Positions 57,885 to 64,000 of a stretch of DNA of 64,000 bases are shown here, in pieces (positions within the stretch are counted from its first letter, which is position 1; each line of letters opens with the position of its first letter). Below the pieces are notes generated by a model. The model was not told the DNA's origin, made no database searches, and saw only the letters and a list, made by a program, of their open reading frames with translations. Both the position numbers and the translations under genes were made by a program. The DNA comes from a virus. The stretch lies in the IMG/VR virus record IMGVR_UViG_3300025759_000058. One strand, 5' to 3'.

Positions 57885-58074
57885 AGTACAACTTCAAGAG
57901 CAAATATTTGACTTAGTTTATTACGGCAAAGGCTTTTCGTATACTGATGTACGTAATATGCCAGTTTATTTACGTATATTTTATATAAGAAAAATATCTA
58001 AACTATTTGATGATCGACGTAAGGCTGATGAAAAGGCGGCGAATGCAATGCGATCTAAAATGCGTAAAAAATAA
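57859..58074 (+). CDS. Frameshift-accessed C-terminal extension of the chaperone (G/GT-like)
   Basis: No good start codon; +1 frame opens across the T7 run; IF.LVYYG.GF...DV.NMP.YLR.FY motif. Confidence 0.6.
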   Translation, partial: FFGLTSKYKVQLQEQIFDLVYYGKGFSYTDVRNMPVYLRIFYIRKISKLFDDRRKADEKAANAMRSKMRKK

Positions 58075-58110
58075 TATTCATTGATATTTATACAAAAGGT
58101 ATACTATCAA

Positions 58111-58356
58111 ATGAATAAGCTAGAAAGACGTGCGTTAGAGCAAATTAACATGAATGAAGGCGTGTTAGCATCAATTGCAAAATTGTTCATGCGTCGAAAA
58201 ATTAAAAGCCGTTATAAAAAGGCATATAAACTAGCTAAAGACGACCCGGAACTACAGTCTGCATTAATAGATTTAGAAAATCATCATGAACGTCTTAATG
58301 GCATAATGAAGTCGTTGTGTAGTAGAAATCCCGATCACCCTAGATGTCAGAAATAA
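58111..58356 (+). CDS. Small hypothetical protein
   Basis: ATATTTAT 58084; ATG 58111 preferred; MNE|G site. Confidence 0.5.
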   Translation: MNKLERRALEQINMNEGVLASIAKLFMRRKIKSRYKKAYKLAKDDPELQSALIDLENHHERLNGIMKSLCSRNPDHPRCQK

Positions 58357-58367
58357 TGAGGTCGTAA

Positions 58368-60704
58368 ATGGCTGATGATAAGAAAGATGAATTAAAGGTA
58401 AAGCTGCAAAAGCAGTGGAATGAACTACGTCGCATAGGCGTAGATACCGATGAAGAGTATGTAAAGAATCAAGAAGATATATTAACATTAACAGCGCAAC
58501 AACTGCAATATCAAATTAAACGAAATAATGAATTGCTAAAGTATAAGCGTGATGCAAAAGAATTAGTCGGTATTACGAAACAAATACGTGATAACGAATA
58601 TGAGTTAATAGATATAACAGCAAAACTGCAACGTGGTATAAAAGGTAATAGAGAAGAATTAGTAGGAATTGGAGATACTACGGCAGATTTAGTTAAAGCT
58701 CAACTTAAATTATTAGCTCATCAAAAACGTACTGGAAAAATTACTGCACAACAATATGAAGACCGCGGTAGAGAATTATTAAAGTTACGGCAAATTGCTC
58801 AAGCACAGGAAACGATTGCTCGCCAAGGCGATGCTTTCGCAAATGTATATAGTCAGGCTTTAAACGAAGCCGAAAACATGGCATCCACAATTGAAGCTCA
58901 ATTCTCTCAAATTCCAGGCGGCGGATTGTTATTTCAATATTTAGGCGGTGATAAACTTGCATTACAATTAAAAACGGCCGTGTCTGCCGGTTTTGGTAAT
59001 ATGGCTAAAGCCATGAAGGCTGGATTAGGCCCGTTGCAAGCCTTACGTGCCGGTATGGCAGCTTTTAATGCTACAGTGATGGCAAACCCCGTATTGCTTA
59101 TCGTTGCTGCTATAGGTCTTGCATTAATAGCAATAAAAAAATTAGTAGATTTTGCAGCAGATTTTGAAAAAGAATCTCGTGAAACCGCAAAAAATATGGG
59201 TGTTACTGTAGCACAGGCGACACAGCTAAGAAAAGAGGCTATGGCTACATCAACTGAATTTGGTACACAGCTAGCTCGTACAGAAGATATAGTCGCAGTT
59301 CAGCAGGAATCTGCAAAGGCATTTGGTACGACAGCTATGATGTCGGCTGATACTGCACGTAACATAGCCGATATAGGAAAGTCATTTGGTTATGGTGCTG
59401 AACAGGCCGCAAAGGTAAATACAGCATTTGAGACAATGGGTGCATCGTCAGATCAGGCAGTGACTATGCAACGAGAATTAGCAGCTGAATCTTTAAAGGC
59501 CGGCGTTAATGTTGGAGCTGTTACTGCTGACATTGCTGAAAATGCAAAAAGTACAGCAAAATATTTTGGCGGCAATGTCAAGGCCATGGCAAAGGCCGCG
59601 GTTGAAGCAGCTAAAATGGGCGTGTCGTTATCGACAATGAGTAAAGTTGCAGATAAGCTTTTAGATATAGAAGGTTCATTAACAGCACAGTTTGAGTTCC
59701 AGGCATTGTCCGGACGACAGATGAATTTGGATAAAGCTCGTCAATTGGCATTAGAAGGTGACATTGCTGGCGCAACAAAAGAAGTTATGAGCAACGTTGG
59801 CGGCATTGCCGAATTTAATAAAATGTCAATGCTTGAACGTAAAAAGTTAGCAGAAGCGACAGGCATGGAAGTCGATGAGCTTCAAAAATCATTGACAATA
59901 CAAGAAAAGTTAGGTGATCTTACGGATGAACAAAAAGCAGCCATGGCAGGTTTAAATTTATCCGCAGCAGAATTAAACGACTTATCAGCCGAAGAATTGC
60001 AAACAAAATTAGCGCAACAGCAGGCTGCAGATAAATCGGCAAAAGCATTTGATGATTTAAAAACAGAATTGGCAAGTGCATTGTTACCGTTAGGCGAAGC
60101 GTTAATGCAAGTATTTTCATTGCTTTCTCCTATTGTTAAAATTTTAGGAAAAACATTAAAAATAGCATTTACTCCACTTAAAGCTATAACTAAAGCGATT
60201 TCAGGCATTGTTGACGCATTCTACGGCGTATATGATGCTATTAGCATGATCTTTAGTGGAGATATCACCGGAGGCTTTAAAAAATTAGGTAAGACTATAA
60301 TAACTAGTATGTTAGCACCGTTGCAAATTGTATGGGATGTACTCTCCGGTGTTGCAAGTACATTCGGCTTTGATATAGGCGCTGATTTAGGCGGTATGGC
60401 TAGTAGTGCACTAGGACTAACGCCAGTAGGCGATTTATCAATGCCTTCCTCTGGCCCAATCGTTTCTTCACCTAGAGAAGGTGCAATATATCAAGGAACG
60501 GCAAATGATGATGTTGCAATGGGGCCTGGTGTTGCAAATGGGTCCGGCGGCAATTCAGCTGTGGCATCTGCACTAGCAAAACAAAATGCATTATTGCAGC
60601 AAATTGCATCTGCATTACAAAATCCTCCTCCGGTACAAATTGGACAAAAAGTTATATCAGAATTATCGTCAGTATTAGATGTAGAAAGATCATACAGGAA
60701 TTAA
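58368..60704 (+). CDS. Tape measure protein
   Basis: Ala/Leu-rich helical protein, ANPVLLIVAAI motif, position after tube and chaperone. Confidence 0.85.
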   Translation: MADDKKDELKVKLQKQWNELRRIGVDTDEEYVKNQEDILTLTAQQLQYQIKRNNELLKYKRDAKELVGITKQIRDNEYELIDITAKLQRGIKGNREELVGIGDTTADLVKAQLKLLAHQKRTGKITAQQYEDRGRELLKLRQIAQAQETIARQGDAFANVYSQALNEAENMASTIEAQFSQIPGGGLLFQYLGGDKLALQLKTAVSAGFGNMAKAMKAGLGPLQALRAGMAAFNATVMANPVLLIVAAIGLALIAIKKLVDFAADFEKESRETAKNMGVTVAQATQLRKEAMATSTEFGTQLARTEDIVAVQQESAKAFGTTAMMSADTARNIADIGKSFGYGAEQAAKVNTAFETMGASSDQAVTMQRELAAESLKAGVNVGAVTADIAENAKSTAKYFGGNVKAMAKAAVEAAKMGVSLSTMSKVADKLLDIEGSLTAQFEFQALSGRQMNLDKARQLALEGDIAGATKEVMSNVGGIAEFNKMSMLERKKLAEATGMEVDELQKSLTIQEKLGDLTDEQKAAMAGLNLSAAELNDLSAEELQTKLAQQQAADKSAKAFDDLKTELASALLPLGEALMQVFSLLSPIVKILGKTLKIAFTPLKAITKAISGIVDAFYGVYDAISMIFSGDITGGFKKLGKTIITSMLAPLQIVWDVLSGVASTFGFDIGADLGGMASSALGLTPVGDLSMPSSGPIVSSPREGAIYQGTANDDVAMGPGVANGSGGNSAVASALAKQNALLQQIASALQNPPPVQIGQKVISELSSVLDVERSYRN

Positions 60705-60707
60705 TAA

Positions 60708-62513
60708 ATGCCTTTATCAGATTTAAAATCAGCATATTCTTTTTACGAAAAAGTTCCGCCTGGCTTTAAGCCTAACACATCCGTTGAACAGACTGATTTT
60801 AAACTTAATGCTAACGGTACAATTTCTACTAATGCAAATGGATATTCTAATAAAGGGTCTGCCGTTTCTTATAATCAAATAACAACTAAAGATTCATTTA
60901 CAATTGCAGGCCAAGGCAATGCATCTAGAATAAATCAATTAGGCTCAGGTACAAAGTTTCCTATAGGACCGAAAGGTCAGACGCATACATTCGATATTAC
61001 ACGCACTGGGTTTAATACATCAAATAGATACGAAGATGTATATAATAATTTATCATTGGCAGGATTAGCAGACACATATACAGCTAATTCCCCAATTGAT
61101 GATATGTACAATCGTTTTAATGTACGTGAAGATGCATTTAACTTAATGCCATATGCTAAAGAGCCTTATATATTGAGAGGTATACAAAGAGATGGTTCAT
61201 CTGATCCACAAAGGTATTCTATTTCAGGCATGCCAAGCGCAGAAATTCCACGCGGAGGTGTTATAACGTCTGTACAACGTATTGCATTAGATGCTGTACG
61301 TATTGGTAAATTTTTAATAAAACCGTCTGGCTTATTGTTTTTAGGTAAACAGTCATTATTAGGACTACAAAACCCTGATCAGGAAACGAGGCTCGGCGCT
61401 AATAAACCAATATTAACTAAGTTGGCATATAATCCTGCTTCGTTATTATCTCAAAGCTTTATACGTATTCCTAGACTTTTCAATGTACAAGGAGTACAAA
61501 TTCGTTATAGTGATAATGTCGGCGCGCGTAACGACGAAGAATCAACAAAATTTAATCGTTTAGCAAAAGGTGATTCTAATTTTAAACTTACAACCGAGTT
61601 CAATACAGCACCCGAATCTTACGTAGCGCAACGTACAATAGATGATATAGATGTAAATCTAAAAACTCAGATCAATGATGAATCATTTGAATCAAAGATA
61701 TTTAAACCAGCCCCCGGCCTAGGCAAAGACCTTCCAAATGGTTATGGTACCGGCACTTCAAAAATTGACCGGTATCGTTCTATTACATCTTATTCTGTAA
61801 CGCGTGATCGTGCTAAAACACGTAGTAATTCTAAAGTAGATATAGATTTTTTGACGGGCGAACGGTTTACTGATGTGCAACAAGAATATAACAAAAACGT
61901 TCACTCCGGCGAATTAGTTGAACTAAAAATTGGCAGTACAAAATTTAAAGCATATATCAGTTCTTTATCGGACGGTGTTGAAGCCAATTGGTCCGGCGAA
62001 CAAGATCAAGGTCGGGCAGATCAACGATATATGTATACTGGGTACCAGCGTGATATATCACTAGGTTTTATGGTTGCTGTGGAAAAATCGACTGAAATAA
62101 ATTCTTTATGGAATAAGTTAAGTGCGTTGGCCCGAAAAGCTTACCCAACGTATAATACGTCGGTAGGTTATTATGCTAATCGCACTTCTTTAACATTGGG
62201 CGGCTTATACAAAGGCATGCCAGTTATTTTAACAAGTATATCATATGATTGGGATACAGAGACGCCATGGGCATTGCCGGCATCTACAACGGAATATCCA
62301 TACAATATGCGGTCCATTACGAGTACAGAAACCACTGTCGGTAATAGTAAGCCGTTATATACAAATGTACAGTGCGAGTTTATTTATATCGGATCTGGGT
62401 TAACTGATTCTAGTACGCCATTTTTTGCTACAAACTCATCTGATATAGTATTTACAGATCAGCCGATATCTGTAGAAGATCAAGATGATTTTGAAGGTCA
62501 AGGAGTTGCATGA
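60708..62513 (+). CDS. Baseplate/tail tube initiator-like protein
   Basis: C-terminal FKAYI..LSD...W.....GRAD..Y.YTGY.R.ISLGF...ILTSISY...PW; synteny. Confidence 0.6.
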   Translation: MPLSDLKSAYSFYEKVPPGFKPNTSVEQTDFKLNANGTISTNANGYSNKGSAVSYNQITTKDSFTIAGQGNASRINQLGSGTKFPIGPKGQTHTFDITRTGFNTSNRYEDVYNNLSLAGLADTYTANSPIDDMYNRFNVREDAFNLMPYAKEPYILRGIQRDGSSDPQRYSISGMPSAEIPRGGVITSVQRIALDAVRIGKFLIKPSGLLFLGKQSLLGLQNPDQETRLGANKPILTKLAYNPASLLSQSFIRIPRLFNVQGVQIRYSDNVGARNDEESTKFNRLAKGDSNFKLTTEFNTAPESYVAQRTIDDIDVNLKTQINDESFESKIFKPAPGLGKDLPNGYGTGTSKIDRYRSITSYSVTRDRAKTRSNSKVDIDFLTGERFTDVQQEYNKNVHSGELVELKIGSTKFKAYISSLSDGVEANWSGEQDQGRADQRYMYTGYQRDISLGFMVAVEKSTEINSLWNKLSALARKAYPTYNTSVGYYANRTSLTLGGLYKGMPVILTSISYDWDTETPWALPASTTEYPYNMRSITSTETTVGNSKPLYTNVQCEFIYIGSGLTDSSTPFFATNSSDIVFTDQPISVEDQDDFEGQGVA

Positions 62514-62803
62514 TAAATAGATATAAACATACAACGACAGAAAACAAAAGATACAAAACTGCACGATATAAAATTCCTAATCCGTCTAGTGAAGATGTAT
62601 ATATTTTTTCTAGATCTGGCGATCGATTAGATTTGATAGCTCAAGAATTTTATAAAGATGCTAGGTTATGGTGGATTATAGCAGAAGCTAATAATTTAGG
62701 AAAAGGGACATTTGCCGTACCAACAGGTTTACAGATTCGTATTCCTAAATATGATCAACGACAATTCGAAGACTTATCTGATGCTGCAAATAAAGAGAGA
62801 TAA
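62510..62803 (+). CDS. LysM-like baseplate wedge protein (gp53/tail X-like)
   Basis: GDRLDLIAQEFYKDARLWWIIAEANNL...GLQIRIP. Confidence 0.85.
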   Translation: MINRYKHTTTENKRYKTARYKIPNPSSEDVYIFSRSGDRLDLIAQEFYKDARLWWIIAEANNLGKGTFAVPTGLQIRIPKYDQRQFEDLSDAANKER

Positions 62804-62805
62804 CG

Positions 62806-64000
62806 ATGGGGTTATTTTATAGAAGTGTCGACCAATCTGTTAAAGACTCGATTGAAAATTTTAAATCTTTGGGTCGTATTAGGCCAACTGCATATGCTAA
62901 AGTTACTGGCAAAGGTTATAATGGAAATGGCCCAAATGTGACGTTGCCATATAAAAATACTGTATATGAAGACTTTCGGCCAAAACCGTCATTACAAGGT
63001 ATAGAAATATCACTCGAAGGGGATGCCGGTTCTCTCCGTCGGTCATCGGCAAAATTTAAGTGTTATACCTTAGCTCAGTTCGATGAATTGCATGAAGCAA
63101 TGTTAAAGCCGGGTTGCCATGTTACATTAGAATGTGGATATGCATCACCAAATCCACCGGTAGATCCTTTAACTGTTGATGCCGTCGTTTATGATTTTAG
63201 TTTTAAAATTAATCGTGATAATTCAGTTGACTGCGAGTTTAAAGCGGTCGGTCAAGGTACGCCGATGGAAAGTACATCTTTATCCGGCGGCACATCGACT
63301 TTTGCAGCTAGTAAACAAAATTTGCAATTTGTTACTAATTATGCTTTGTTTAACGAATCAAAACCTGTACAGAGTATTATCGATTATGCAGATTATGTAT
63401 GCCAAAATGCATTAGCTCCAGGCGCTAGCGGATTTTCGCCTGCCCATGGATCGGGGTTTCAATCCGAAGGTATGGAAGCAGGATTTTCAATAGTATTGCC
63501 TGATGGGTATAAGTATCCGAGCTCGGTTATTAATACTGGCACGTTTAATGAGCAACGTACGAATTATTTTACTTTTGGATTTTTAATTGAAGTAATAAAC
63601 AAGTGGTGTGAAAATGCTACAAAGAAAACAGTAATAGAGTTTAATACAGAATCACCAATTACTTCGTTATCAAACGATTCTGGGACTATTAAGTTAAAAA
63701 GTATAGACCCAATGAGTGTAGTATGGTTACATCCTAAAGGTAGTGCAATAGGAAATGCGCAAGTCAGCGATAATAACTACGGCGGCATGGATACGGCGCC
63801 AACATCGGTATTGCGGTTTGATGATGTAACAAACATTGCCGGCTTGCAGATTGCATCTGGTTTTGAAAATATTTTATTTTGTCGAGAATTTTTACGTGAA
63901 ATTGAATCAGAATCCTCTAAGACAGTAGAAAAAAATCAACCGCCGCAGCTATTAGTACGAGATTTTATTGAAAAATTATTAGCACGTATAAAATCAGCAT
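62806..64000 (+). CDS. Baseplate hub-like protein (3' truncated, not in ORF track)
   Basis: ATG 62806 opens MGLFYRSVDQ...GSLRRSSAKFKCYTLAQFDEL...LKPG..V.LE.GY; no stop seen before window end. Confidence 0.6.
   Translation, partial: MGLFYRSVDQSVKDSIENFKSLGRIRPTAYAKVTGKGYNGNGPNVTLPYKNTVYEDFRPKPSLQGIEISLEGDAGSLRRSSAKFKCYTLAQFDELHEAMLKPGCHVTLECGYASPNPPVDPLTVDAVVYDFSFKINRDNSVDCEFKAVGQGTPMESTSLSGGTSTFAASKQNLQFVTNYALFNESKPVQSIIDYADYVCQNALAPGASGFSPAHGSGFQSEGMEAGFSIVLPDGYKYPSSVINTGTFNEQRTNYFTFGFLIEVINKWCENATKKTVIEFNTESPITSLSNDSGTIKLKSIDPMSVVWLHPKGSAIGNAQVSDNNYGGMDTAPTSVLRFDDVTNIAGLQIASGFENILFCREFLREIESESSKTVEKNQPPQLLVRDFIEKLLARIKSA

Noticed and set aside
872-60208. Numerous minus-strand ORFs in the track, including Ser-rich 38638-39135
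   Set aside because: All lie antisense to well-supported plus-strand genes; they are codon shadows (e.g. GAA runs read as Ser) with no motifs or signals
26240-63415. Nested plus-strand ORFs (26240, 38991, 44648, 46020, 63176)
   Set aside because: Out-of-frame within longer genes, no SD or recognisable motifs; 63176 lies inside the truncated 62806 gene
1-64000. Active stop-codon reassignment
   Set aside because: Core genes are full length under the standard code and coding density is high
1-64000. tRNA/rRNA genes, integrase or transposase
   Set aside because: No cloverleaf/T-loop signatures in the short intergenic gaps and no recombinase motifs noticed; a tRNAscan run would be definitive

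Overview
64 kb of an AT-rich (roughly one-third G+C by eye), all plus-strand large myovirus genome with T4-like head and tail genes. The host is probably a Bacteroidota: the phage bS21 has a Bacteroidota-type C-terminus and there are TTG-N19/20-TAnnTTT promoters. Gene order: end of a structural gene; T7-endoI-like resolvase, primase and a single-chain SbcD-SbcC fusion; fibre/receptor-binding cluster with a LamG array; putative capsid-internal proteins, including a nucleotidyltransferase polyprotein; terminase, portal, prohead protease; an inserted, translationally coupled membrane/signalling operon; ribosomal protein bS21; scaffold, major capsid, PhoH; a second fibre cluster; neck, sheath, tube, frameshifted tail chaperone, tape measure, baseplate. 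The best candidate for an undescribed system is the inserted operon (spanin-like pair, micro-ORF, holin, DUF2892 protein, PAS histidine kinase, receiver-only response regulator, coiled-coil membrane protein, thermonuclease), which may be a phage-encoded two-component circuit wired to lysis. Other highlights: bS21 together with strong Shine-Dalgarno use in late genes, a late-promoter candidate (ATATTTAT) resembling an inverted T4 late promoter, a +1 frameshift candidate, structured RNA leaders and CCGG enrichment. All product calls come from motif recognition by eye; no searches were run.
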